Shown here one piece after another: positions 31,962 to 40,258 of a DNA stretch of 64,000 bases (position 1 is the stretch's first letter; each line of letters starts with the position of its first letter). The position numbers were made by a program, and so were the translations under genes. Source of the DNA: Candidatus Kerfeldbacteria bacterium. GTDB lineage: Bacteria > Patescibacteriota > Patescibacteriia > UBA10025 > JAHIVO01. The notes beneath the pieces were generated by a model. It saw nothing but the letters and a program-made list of their open reading frames with translations, ran no database searches and was not told the origin of the DNA. The stretch covers positions 856,007 to 920,006 of the forward strand of contig JACROE010000002.1 of NCBI GenBank assembly GCA_016214565.1, in the 5' to 3' direction.

Positions 31962-32384
31962 ATGCAAGCGAAATTCAAACGACTTCATCTGAATGCAAAA
32001 CTGCCGGTCCACGGTCGGCCCGGAGACGCGGGTTTGGATTTGTTTGCGCCTGAGGATGTCATTATTCCACCGCACGAACGAAAGCAGATTCCATTAGGTT
32101 TTGCTATGGAGATACCGAGTGAGTATGTGGCTTTGGTTTGGGATCGCAGCGGTATGGCCGCCAAGATGGGCATTCATTCCATGGCTGGCGTGATTGACAG
32201 CACGTACCGTGGTGAGATAAAGCTGGTGCTGTACAATACTACGAACGAACCATATCAGATTAACGCTGGTGATAAGGTTGCCCAGATGGTGATCCAGCGG
32301 CACGAGACGGTGAGCTTCACGGAAGTGGATGAATTGTCAGAAACGGAGCGCGGGGAGCAGGGGTTTCTGTCGAGTGGGAAGTAG
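31962..32384 (+). CDS. dut: dUTP diphosphatase
   Basis: dUTPase motifs GDAGLDL, RSGMAAKMG, GVIDSTYRGE. Confidence 0.88.
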   Translation: MQAKFKRLHLNAKLPVHGRPGDAGLDLFAPEDVIIPPHERKQIPLGFAMEIPSEYVALVWDRSGMAAKMGIHSMAGVIDSTYRGEIKLVLYNTTNEPYQINAGDKVAQMVIQRHETVSFTEVDELSETERGEQGFLSSGK

Positions 32385-32401
32385 GTAAATGACATATTTT
32401 C

Positions 32402-32710
32402 ATGAGTACTCAAAAACTCTCAGCAGGCGTGGCACATGCCATGCCCCCAGATCTCAAGAAAGCACTGCTTGGTGACACAAAAGCAATGGGTCTGTGGGAA
32501 AGTTTGACGCCCTTGGCGCGCAATGAGTGGATCTGTTGGGTGGAGGCGGTGAAGACTGCCGAGACTCGCCAGGATCACGTCCGACGGACCGTTACCGAGC
32601 TGAAAGAGGGAATGCGTCGTCCCTGCTGCTGGATAGGGTGTATCCACCGTACCGACAAACCGATGAGCCGATCACAAAAATTTATCCTCGGCAAACGGAA
32701 TCGGAAGTAG
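32402..32710 (+). CDS. YdeI/OmpD-associated family protein (DUF1801-like)
   Basis: 102 aa; the C-terminal NEWICWVEAVKTAETR pattern is typical of the family. Confidence 0.5.
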   Translation: MSTQKLSAGVAHAMPPDLKKALLGDTKAMGLWESLTPLARNEWICWVEAVKTAETRQDHVRRTVTELKEGMRRPCCWIGCIHRTDKPMSRSQKFILGKRNRK

Positions 32711-32956
32711 TTTTGACAGAGCCGGCGGCAGAGTCGTAGAATGATAGTACCAACCTTCCCCATCACTGGGGATTTTTATATATGCATTGGTTTTTGACTC
32801 GACCGCCCCTCTTCACCAGCATATTGATTCGGCCTCCACATCACATTTCCCCTCCTTTGCAAGGAGGGGATGAAATACGCTAGCCGATACCATGCCCTTA
32901 CGTGTGGGCGGTTGGTCCACAACTCCACTATGACAATCATCTTCAATACCCACTCA

Positions 32957-33295
32957 ATGAAAAAACGACGTCAGCAATTACGGCGCTCCGCGCCCCGGGC
33001 TGAGTTGCTCCTCTGGCGTTATTTGAAGGGCAAACAGCTTGGTGGTTATAAATTTAGGCGTCAGCATAGTATCGGTGGGTATGTGGTGGATTTCTATTGT
33101 CCAGAATTGCGATTAGTGATTGAGGTGGATGGGCCGTCACATTATGTATCAAAAGAGGCGAGGGAGTATGATCGGCACCGGCAAAAGTACATTGAATCTT
33201 TGCGCATAACCGTGTTGCGTTTTACTAATGCCGATGTGTATGTAAATATGCGAGAAGTGATTGACATGATTTATAGTATTTTACCGAGACCCTGA
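32957..33295 (+). CDS. DUF559 endonuclease-domain protein (Vsr-like fold)
   Basis: Motifs E..LW..L..., FRRQH.IG.Y..DFYC....L.IE.DG..H. The ORF-track start at 32870 would read through a GC hairpin; the ATG at 32957 gives the canonical length. Confidence 0.65.
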   Translation: MKKRRQQLRRSAPRAELLLWRYLKGKQLGGYKFRRQHSIGGYVVDFYCPELRLVIEVDGPSHYVSKEAREYDRHRQKYIESLRITVLRFTNADVYVNMREVIDMIYSILPRP

Positions 33296-33593
33296 AATAA
33301 ATTCAGGGTAAGAAAATTGTCATGCTGAACTCGTTTCAGCATCTCGACGGAGCCTGCCCTGAGCGCAATCGAATGGGCTCGGAATGACAATTATATAATT
33401 ACTCCTCGCAATGACAAAAAGCGGTTGTCATTGCGAGCGAACTGCGCAGCTGAGCAGGAGCGTGGCAATCTTTTTAATTTTCCGAAATCCGTTTCAGCAT
33501 CTTGGGATGACATCACATGTATTACCCTTCGTACTAAAAAAATTCCCCGACTGCGTGTCACAGCCGGGGAGGTCGTTCGTGTCGTAACGTGTG
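33296..33593. repeat. Cluster of palindromic repeat units of the GTCATT(C/G)YGAG...GGAGCGTG...GAATGAC family
   Basis: Perfect 13-bp inverted repeat CTCGCAATGACAA / TTGTCATTGCGAG around 33405-33440. Also GTCATGCTGAAC...GGCTCGGAATGACAA, and CGTTTCAGCATCT repeated at about 33338 and about 33492. Confidence 0.6.
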
Positions 33594-34193
33594 CTAATTG
33601 TAGCGAGGGTCGAATTCAGGTTTGACCTGCAGACCGGCAAATAAGGCGATCACGCCGGAAGTCATATGGTCGACCCTGCCATCGAGATAATTATCCGGGT
33701 CTGATTCACGGAATAATGCGAGGTTTGCCATCGGAATCTCCGGCAGATAATCAAACGTTTCAAAACAAACGTAGGTATTGAGAAATCTCCCGAAGACAAA
33801 AGTGACCGCTTGCCGCCGATTACAGCGACCGCAGCGCCGTTCGTGGGCGTTAATGCATTTTTGTAGGATTTCTCCAGTTTGCCGCAACAGCCGGCGGGGG
33901 TCCTCACGATCGAGTCGCTCGGAATAGTCCACGCAGAAACGCGGGGTGATCATATTGAGCAACGCAATAATACGGTCGGCGTTAACCTCTCTGTCCAAGC
34001 ACGGATTAGTTTTGATCAGCCCATAAAAGTCATCGTCAATGGGCGCTCCATTGGCACGAATCTCTTCAATGATAAGAGTTAGAAAAGAGCGAGCTTTCAC
34101 GGTATATCCTCCATGGATTAATGTTTTTGATATTTGTATTTTGTCTACCGTACCGCATAAGTCGGTTGCTGTCAAGAATTGATCTGTACTCAA
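33594..34193 (-). CDS. Hypothetical protein (CxxC pairs), island gene
   Basis: 199-aa ORF containing CINAHERRCGRCNRRQ. No family recognised. Confidence 0.35.
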   Translation of the reverse strand: MSTDQFLTATDLCGTVDKIQISKTLIHGGYTVKARSFLTLIIEEIRANGAPIDDDFYGLIKTNPCLDREVNADRIIALLNMITPRFCVDYSERLDREDPRRLLRQTGEILQKCINAHERRCGRCNRRQAVTFVFGRFLNTYVCFETFDYLPEIPMANLALFRESDPDNYLDGRVDHMTSGVIALFAGLQVKPEFDPRYN

Positions 34194-34204
34194 TTTTTTT
34201 CTAA

Positions 34205-34248
34205 TTTACGCAAAAAAGAAAGCCCATATGGTGGTTAACCATACGGGC
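34205..34248 (-). terminator. Rho-independent terminator downstream of the 34280-34846 gene
   Basis: GCCCGTATGG-ttaacca-CCATATGGGC followed by TTTCTTTTTTG on the minus strand. Confidence 0.5.
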
Positions 34249-34279
34249 TGTTTGAGGTTGAGAGAAATATTTCATCTGC

Positions 34280-34846
34280 CTAACCTTTGGAGGTTGGTTC
34301 AGGAAAACATATTTCCCGGACCTCGTTCGCCGACATATTGATCCGAAGACCAAATTGCCGTAAAACGCTGTCAACTTCGTGAACCGTTGTCGGGCCGCTG
34401 TTTCTGATTTTACAGATTTCTTTGGCCGTCAGGGTGGCGATCACATTCAGTGGTAGGTACCGCTTGGTTTCTTTGAACTCTTGCAACCGGTGAATGTACT
34501 GTGCTGAAGTTATCATGCTGTTGTAGGCTCGAACAGAAAGCAGTTCGTAGAAAAGTACGGACACACCATCAATTCCGAAGACTCTAATCAGGAATTGTAG
34601 GTGCCGTTGCCGCTGACCGGTAGTCTGATTTCTGGAAATCCGGTGTAGCATAATGCTGGTTTGCTGCGGTGGAGTAGTCGACGGGGATAGTTGGCGGCCG
34701 GACAGGAACTGAGTAATGATATCACTCAACATAGAAAGGTTTTCCAAAGAACCTTTCCGTTGAATGATATGCATAAACAGCTTATGGAGCAGCTTTGCCC
34801 AATCGGATATGAATCCGGTGTCCGGTGTTTCAGATGAATTAATCAC
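34280..34846 (-). CDS. Hypothetical DNA-binding protein with a C-terminal helix-hairpin-helix domain resembling the RNA polymerase alpha C-terminal domain
   Basis: ELLSVRAYNSMITSAQY...ICKIRNSGPTTVHEVDSVLRQFGL parallels the alpha-CTD pattern L.vRs.N.L.....i.dL....e.L..I.N.G.ksL.Ei...L...GL. Confidence 0.4.
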   Translation of the reverse strand: MINSSETPDTGFISDWAKLLHKLFMHIIQRKGSLENLSMLSDIITQFLSGRQLSPSTTPPQQTSIMLHRISRNQTTGQRQRHLQFLIRVFGIDGVSVLFYELLSVRAYNSMITSAQYIHRLQEFKETKRYLPLNVIATLTAKEICKIRNSGPTTVHEVDSVLRQFGLRINMSANEVREICFPEPTSKG

Positions 34847-34924
34847 AATGTTCTCCTATTCGTTATTGTGTAATGTTCTATTTTTTTAACCCGGTATAAT
34901 AACGTATATTGGTCGTACTGTCAA

Positions 34925-34957
34925 GGGTGCCTCCCTTGTTTTTTTGGTTCGGAAATG
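34925..34957 (+). terminator. Terminator-like hairpin between a TATAAT box and the 34971 ORF (candidate attenuator or tiny sRNA)
   Basis: TATAAT at about 34893 precedes CAAGGG-tgcctc-CCTTG followed by TTTTTTT. Confidence 0.35.
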
Positions 34958-34970
34958 AGACGATATATGC

Positions 34971-36131
34971 ATGCGTAAATCAATTATTATTCCAATCGTC
35001 CTCATGGTGGTACTGGTAGTTGTTGGAGCAGTTGTCTGGTACGTCGGTCGGGGTGATCAAGAAATCGTGGACAATTTAAACACCAATAATTCCCCGTCAG
35101 CAGTTACCAATCGTCTTGCCAATACCAATACGGAATCGGCGGGTGGACCGGTCGTGTTTACATATGATATTTTTGACGTCAACCAGGTAAGCCATATTAC
35201 GCCGCTCGGGGAGCTCAACGGCGGATATAATGAAAGCCAGGCGTTTGGTGGGGTCATGATCAATCTGAAGCGCGACAGTCAGGGAAATGTTGCAATGCTG
35301 GATATTATTGCCCCGGCGGATATGAGGCTGATGCAGTACGCACACTATGACATCGAAGGCCAGCCGGAGTGGGCGCTGTACTTCTCCCTCGCACCCGGAG
35401 TAGAGCTGGTCATGCATCACGTACGCCAGGTCAGTGGCAGTATCATCAAGGCTACCAACGCCGTACCCCAAGATAACTCCCGTACCGTGGACATGCCCAT
35501 CCCCCTGGCAATCAGCGCTGGTGAACTGATCGGCAGAACGACTGGCACTTCGCTCGGGCATAATTGGAATATATACGTGTACGATGAAAGCACTGAAAAT
35601 ACCTTTGTCCGTCCCGAGCGGTATCGCAATAATTATTTGGGTGATCGCATGCGCACCGCCTCGTGCGTTTTTGACTATTATCCCGATACAATCCGCCAGC
35701 CGTACCAGGCATTATACGGCTATAGCGCAGCTGGGCAATCAACCACCTGTGGCACCGTGTCGCGAGACGTAACAGGCACCGTGGCGGGACTCTGGTATTT
35801 CAGTGCCAATCCGGCCGATGGTATTGCTGAAGCGAGGGATGGCGACTATGCCACGCCGTTTGCTGCCTATACTGCGTCTGACGGTATGGTTATTCTGCAC
35901 GAGATAGACGGACACCGGTTTGATATTTTCCCGAATAACCCCACGTATAGAAAGCCATCGGACATAACCGATGCGCATTGCTATCAGCTGGTGAACAGTG
36001 CACAAAATTCTTCAGCTGGCTACGCCTATTTTCGGGTGGTGGATTCCATGACCATGCAGCTTGCCTATAAATCAAGCGGATCGTGTCCAGCCAGCTTTCC
36101 CGCTACCGGGGCTGTCACGTATTATCGGTAA
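34971..36131 (+). CDS. Secreted/signal-anchored protein (hypothetical)
   Basis: 386 aa with an N-terminal TM/signal and 4 Cys. No family recognised. Confidence 0.45.
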   Translation: MRKSIIIPIVLMVVLVVVGAVVWYVGRGDQEIVDNLNTNNSPSAVTNRLANTNTESAGGPVVFTYDIFDVNQVSHITPLGELNGGYNESQAFGGVMINLKRDSQGNVAMLDIIAPADMRLMQYAHYDIEGQPEWALYFSLAPGVELVMHHVRQVSGSIIKATNAVPQDNSRTVDMPIPLAISAGELIGRTTGTSLGHNWNIYVYDESTENTFVRPERYRNNYLGDRMRTASCVFDYYPDTIRQPYQALYGYSAAGQSTTCGTVSRDVTGTVAGLWYFSANPADGIAEARDGDYATPFAAYTASDGMVILHEIDGHRFDIFPNNPTYRKPSDITDAHCYQLVNSAQNSSAGYAYFRVVDSMTMQLAYKSSGSCPASFPATGAVTYYR

Positions 36132-36274
36132 TAACCGGTTTGATTTTTAGGCATATGATGATAACTCCATAGCGTAATGGCGGGGTTGTTTTTTTAGAGC
36201 TTGACGGATACGTCGTAATATCCTAGAGTACCATAATATTCTGAATTAACCGTAACTGTTTGTAAGGAGGATAT

Positions 36275-36712
36275 ATGTTCTTTTTAGCAAAAGCTTTTTG
36301 GATAAGCGCAGGCTGGGCAGCGCTTGGTTTGGCCTTCGGTGGGTTTATTGTTCTATTGATAACTTCAATTTTGGAAGATGCGACAAGGCCCCGTCGCCGG
36401 TCAAAGAAATCGAACGATGAGGTATTCGAAAAATACCTTCTTACCATTTCTCTGATTGTGGCAGCACTTGGCATTTGGGTGCTGTGGGTTTCCTATCCGA
36501 TTGTCAACGGGTTACAATTCTGCGTGATGGGGGCTCTAATATCTGGATGTGTGGCGAAATGGATCATAAGGCCGCTCGGTGAGTTTTTTAATGAAAAGCT
36601 CACTTGGTCCGATAATTGGACCACCCTGCTGGTGATCGGCGTTTCTGTACTTCTTGTCGGCATATTGGCCGGCAGTCTCAATGCGCTTTGGTTCAGGGCG
36701 TTTGTCTCGTAA
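36275..36712 (+). CDS. Polytopic membrane protein (hypothetical)
   Basis: 145 aa, 4 TM helices, SD GGAGG upstream. Confidence 0.4.
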   Translation: MFFLAKAFWISAGWAALGLAFGGFIVLLITSILEDATRPRRRSKKSNDEVFEKYLLTISLIVAALGIWVLWVSYPIVNGLQFCVMGALISGCVAKWIIRPLGEFFNEKLTWSDNWTTLLVIGVSVLLVGILAGSLNALWFRAFVS

Positions 36713-36790
36713 GCGAGGCGCTTGATAAGTATAACCGTGTTAGAGGTTTTCTCTGGCACGGTTTTTCATTATCAAAGATAAGTTTATTCA

Positions 36791-36827
36791 AAATAAAAAC
36801 CCCCGCACCAAATGAATGACACGGGGG
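36791..36827 (-). terminator. Rho-independent terminator for the 36854-37723 gene
   Basis: CCCCCG-N16-CGGGGG with an A-run on the + strand (T-run on the minus strand). Confidence 0.5.
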
Positions 36828-36853
36828 ATGTAACATACAATGTAGGCCGATGC

Positions 36854-37723
36854 CTACGCCTGGGCGACTTCGGGAGTCGCTTTTTCGTCGGCGTTTTGAC
36901 GCTCGACTTTCTCGACTGCCTCGATCAGGGACCGAAGCGTGTCGTGGTAACGGCTGTCGATGAGAGTCAGCGGGTCGAGATTGGCCGCCTGGCACTGGGC
37001 CATGAGCTGCTTAATGTCGTATAAATCGACATCGCAGGAATTGAGAGATAGACGTCTCGCAATTGCCTTAGCCTGTTTGTCATGGCCAGCAAGTACGATC
37101 GGGTCGATTAGCGGTCGGGCATAGGTGTCAAACGCCTCTGCGGCAGCTTCGCCAATTGCAAGTGTGAGTACATGACGCATCGTATTGAGGTGTTTATGAT
37201 ACTCCTCAGCGATGTCTGAGACGTCGAATGTTATACCGCCGGGATGATTCCCATGATAGCCGTTGTTTACCGCCTCCTCTGCTTGTTGGAGCAGGAAGCG
37301 AACGTGCCGTATTGACCATAGCAGGTCGAGACTATTAACTATCAGACCCCAGAAACCAGCGGTGACTGTTTGATCGGCTAAACGAGCCAGTTCCTGATCA
37401 TCGATTTCTCGATACTCGCCGCCAATGTGTGGCGATTGTCCGGACACATAGGCGCGCGGGTTGTGGCTGCTGTTGCCGTCACCCTTCGCTGCCAGTGCGA
37501 GCAATTGAATTAATCGTGACTTTTTCCACGAACAATTGCGTACCGCACTGATCGCTTCATTTTTTTGATCAAAGAAAATGTCGAACTCCTTCACCAGCTT
37601 CATTTTCCTGATGATCATGATCACCCAGAATATGAAAAAAAGAACTGCACACGACAAGAAGAGTGCCGGGTATTCGCGCACAAATGACATTAGTGAATCC
37701 CACCATTGAAACATGATTTCCAT
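36854..37723 (-). CDS. Membrane-anchored protein (hypothetical). Start at ATG 37723, or 37714 which has the better SD.
   Basis: N-terminal TM anchor (ALFLSCAVLFFIFWVIMII) followed by an alpha-helical cytoplasmic domain. The longer ORF-track start at 37819 lacks an RBS. Confidence 0.4.
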   Translation of the reverse strand: MEIMFQWWDSLMSFVREYPALFLSCAVLFFIFWVIMIIRKMKLVKEFDIFFDQKNEAISAVRNCSWKKSRLIQLLALAAKGDGNSSHNPRAYVSGQSPHIGGEYREIDDQELARLADQTVTAGFWGLIVNSLDLLWSIRHVRFLLQQAEEAVNNGYHGNHPGGITFDVSDIAEEYHKHLNTMRHVLTLAIGEAAAEAFDTYARPLIDPIVLAGHDKQAKAIARRLSLNSCDVDLYDIKQLMAQCQAANLDPLTLIDSRYHDTLRSLIEAVEKVERQNADEKATPEVAQA

Positions 37724-37849
37724 CCTTTCTGGAATTGTGTTGATTGTATGTAAATTATGTGAATGTACAAGTATATGAAAAGAACAAGACAGTCTAACAT
37801 CTTCATTCATATTTGTCAAGAGGAGTCTGAAGGGCTTTTTACTCCTGCT

Positions 37850-37940
37850 TAGCCTCTAAGATCCTTCGTTATCACTCAGGACGGCTTCGCCGGATTCTTA
37901 CGTCGCCTCGTTTAATTCCGTTCCTCAGAATGACAGTAGG
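37850..37940. repeat. Additional copy or copies of the GTCATTCTGAG/GAATGAC palindromic repeat family
   Basis: The reverse complement reads TGTCATTCTGAGGAACGG...CGTCCTGAGTGATAACGAAGGAT, matching the family core. Confidence 0.5.
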
Positions 37941-38074
37941 GGGGGTAGTATACTTAGGGTCGTATGAAGCAATCCTGCACCACGTTGGGCGCAGGATTTT
38001 TACTATAAATTGACCGTATGCACGAGATGACAGTAGGTGGTATTTTTAGTATACTTAGGGTCGTATGAAGCAAT
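37930..38074 (+). repeat. 44-48-bp direct duplication of the thyA start region
   Basis: ATGACAGTAGG(G/T)GG...TAGTATACTTAGGGTCGTATGAAGCAAT occurs at 37930-37973 and 38027-38074. The second copy carries the real thyA ATG at 38065; the first would give only a 14-codon ORF. Confidence 0.6.
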
Positions 38075-38877
38075 ATTTGGACCTCCTCCAATACGTTTTA
38101 GATAATGGAACTGATAAAGCAGACCGGACCGGCACTGGTACGCGGTCGGTGTTTGGTTACCAGACGCGGTATGATTTGGCTAAGGGGTTCCCGCTGGTGA
38201 CGACCAAGAAAGTCCATTTGAAATCTATCATTTATGAATTGCTCTGGTTTCTGAAGGGGGATACGAATGTGAAATGGCTGAATGAGCACGGCGTGACCAT
38301 CTGGGACGAATGGGCTGATGAAAATGGGGACTTGGGGCCGATTTATGGCAAACAATGGACCGCCTGGACTGCGCCGGATGGCAGTACCATTAACCAGATC
38401 CAGAATGCAGTCGACATGATTCGTACTAATCCCGATTCGCGTCGGATCATTGTATCCGGTTGGAACGTAGGGGATTTACAGACCTTGATTGGCGGCAAGA
38501 AAACTGCGCCACCTCCATGCCATACCATGTTTCAGTTTTATGTGATCAATGGGACCTTGTCATGCCAATTGTACCAGCGCAGTGCGGACGCATTTCTTGG
38601 GGTGCCATTTAATATTGCCTCGTACTCATTACTCACCATGATGATGGCGCAGGTGACGGGCTTGAAGCTGGGGCATTTCGTGCATACGTTTGGTGATTTG
38701 CATATTTATAATAATCATTTCGAACAAGTGAAATTGCAGTTGTCGCGCGAGCCAAAGGCACTGCCTACCATGACCATCAATCCGGAAAAGAAGGATATCT
38801 TTACTTTTGAATTCGAGGACTTTACCCTTGAGGGCTATGACCCGCATCCGGGTATAAAAGCGCCGATTGCGGTGTAG
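38065..38877 (+). CDS. thyA: Thymidylate synthase
   Basis: ThyA motifs: RTGTGT, an active-site Cys in PPCH, and QLYQRSAD. Confidence 0.93.
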   Translation: MKQYLDLLQYVLDNGTDKADRTGTGTRSVFGYQTRYDLAKGFPLVTTKKVHLKSIIYELLWFLKGDTNVKWLNEHGVTIWDEWADENGDLGPIYGKQWTAWTAPDGSTINQIQNAVDMIRTNPDSRRIIVSGWNVGDLQTLIGGKKTAPPPCHTMFQFYVINGTLSCQLYQRSADAFLGVPFNIASYSLLTMMMAQVTGLKLGHFVHTFGDLHIYNNHFEQVKLQLSREPKALPTMTINPEKKDIFTFEFEDFTLEGYDPHPGIKAPIAV

Positions 38878-38904
38878 AAGTAAGTGGAAGAATGAATACC
38901 GGCC

Positions 38905-39025
38905 ACCCTTTGTCATTCTGAAGGAGCGTGAGCGACTGAAGAATCTATATGCCGGTAGCCGTATGTCGTAGAGATTCTTCGACTCCACTTCGTTCCGCTC
39001 AGAATGGCAAACCGAAGCTGAGCAT
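38905..39025. repeat. Palindromic repeat unit (GTCATTCTGAAGGAGCGTGAGCGACTGAAGAATC plus inverted partner) between thyA and folA
   Basis: Arm 38910-38947 and inverted arm 38970-39011 form a stem of about 35 bp. Confidence 0.6.
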
Positions 39026-39038
39026 TCAGAAACATATT

Positions 39039-39527
39039 ATGAACAAACCTATCATCAGCGGCGTTGTCGCCATATCAAAAAACCATGTCATTGGTCGTGA
39101 TGGCACGTTGCCCTGGGATATACCCGAGGACTTACAGCATTTCCGCAATCTGACCAAGGGACACGTCATGATCATGGGTAGGAAGACCTACGAATCAATC
39201 GGCCGGCCGCTGCCGAATCGCATCAGCATTATTATTACCCGTAATTCGGAGTACAAAGTAGAAGGATGTTTTGTGGTGCAGTCATTAGACGAAGCCGTGG
39301 CGCTCGCCAAAGAGAAAGAGGAGAATGGCGAGATTTTTGTCATCGGTGGGGGAGAAATATTTCGGCAAGCCATGCCCATCATCGAAAAATTGTATCTGAC
39401 GGTGGTTGATGTGGAAATCGAAGGCCATGCATTTTTCCCAGACTACGCCGAATTCAAAAACGTGGTCAGCGAACGAAAAAGCCATGGTAACGGATTTCAC
39501 TATACCTTTTACGAATTAACGCGCTAA
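39039..39527 (+). CDS. folA: Dihydrofolate reductase
   Basis: DHFR signature VIGRDGTLPWDIPEDLQHFRNLT...VIGGGEIF. The ATG at 39039 follows the repeat. Confidence 0.85.
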   Translation: MNKPIISGVVAISKNHVIGRDGTLPWDIPEDLQHFRNLTKGHVMIMGRKTYESIGRPLPNRISIIITRNSEYKVEGCFVVQSLDEAVALAKEKEENGEIFVIGGGEIFRQAMPIIEKLYLTVVDVEIEGHAFFPDYAEFKNVVSERKSHGNGFHYTFYELTR

Positions 39528-39529
39528 CT

Positions 39530-40258
39530 ATGGCACGACGCGGTATCATGGTAGTGATCGACGGCATCGACGGCTCGGGCAAAGGTACCTTTGTCCAGGT
39601 GTTGGCGGATTGGGCAAAGCGCAAACATTATAAAATATTTGATGTGGTTGCCTATGAAAAGAAAAATTATACGTTACCACAGCCCAGTGAATTAAAGGGT
39701 TACCAAGTACTGATTACCGCTGAACCAACGCATTCGCTGATTGGCAAAGCTATCCGCGAGGAAATCGCCCGGTCAAATGAACGGATGTACACGGCTCGTG
39801 CCACTGCAGAAGCGTACGCCCTTGATCGATATATATTATTACAACGAGTGATTATCCCCGCACTTGCCGCGGGTAAATATATTTTCCAGGAGCGTTCATT
39901 GACCACGTCACTGGCCTACCAGCCGATTCAGGCAGAGCCATTGTCGGTGAAAGATATCATCGGTTTGGCGGGCAATCAGCTGGCGCTCAAGCACCGACCT
40001 GATTTATTGTGTATACTGAAGACAGACGTGGCAGCCGTGATGCAGCGCCTCAGAACACGCAAGAAAAAGGATCGAGCGATATTTGAGCGAAAGTCGTTTC
40101 TCGAGAAGGCGCAGCGCCGGTTTACTGCCTCGTGGTTTCGGGAGATGTATCAGAAGCGGGGAGCACAGGTAGTGACGCTGGACACCACCGGAGGATTGAT
40201 TGAAACCAAAAAGAAGATGCAGGAAGTTTGGGAGGGGTATTTGAAGAAAGCATTATGA
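39530..40258 (+). CDS. tmk: Thymidylate (dTMP) kinase-like
   Basis: P-loop DGIDGSGKGT, a DRY lid, and ERSLTTSLAYQ. Function fits the neighbouring thyA-folA genes. Confidence 0.6.
   Translation: MARRGIMVVIDGIDGSGKGTFVQVLADWAKRKHYKIFDVVAYEKKNYTLPQPSELKGYQVLITAEPTHSLIGKAIREEIARSNERMYTARATAEAYALDRYILLQRVIIPALAAGKYIFQERSLTTSLAYQPIQAEPLSVKDIIGLAGNQLALKHRPDLLCILKTDVAAVMQRLRTRKKKDRAIFERKSFLEKAQRRFTASWFREMYQKRGAQVVTLDTTGGLIETKKKMQEVWEGYLKKAL

Noticed and set aside
33425-33625. A 66-aa ORF in the repeat cluster
   Set aside because: It lies entirely within palindromic repeat units with no RBS. Repeat families of this type routinely generate spurious ORFs.
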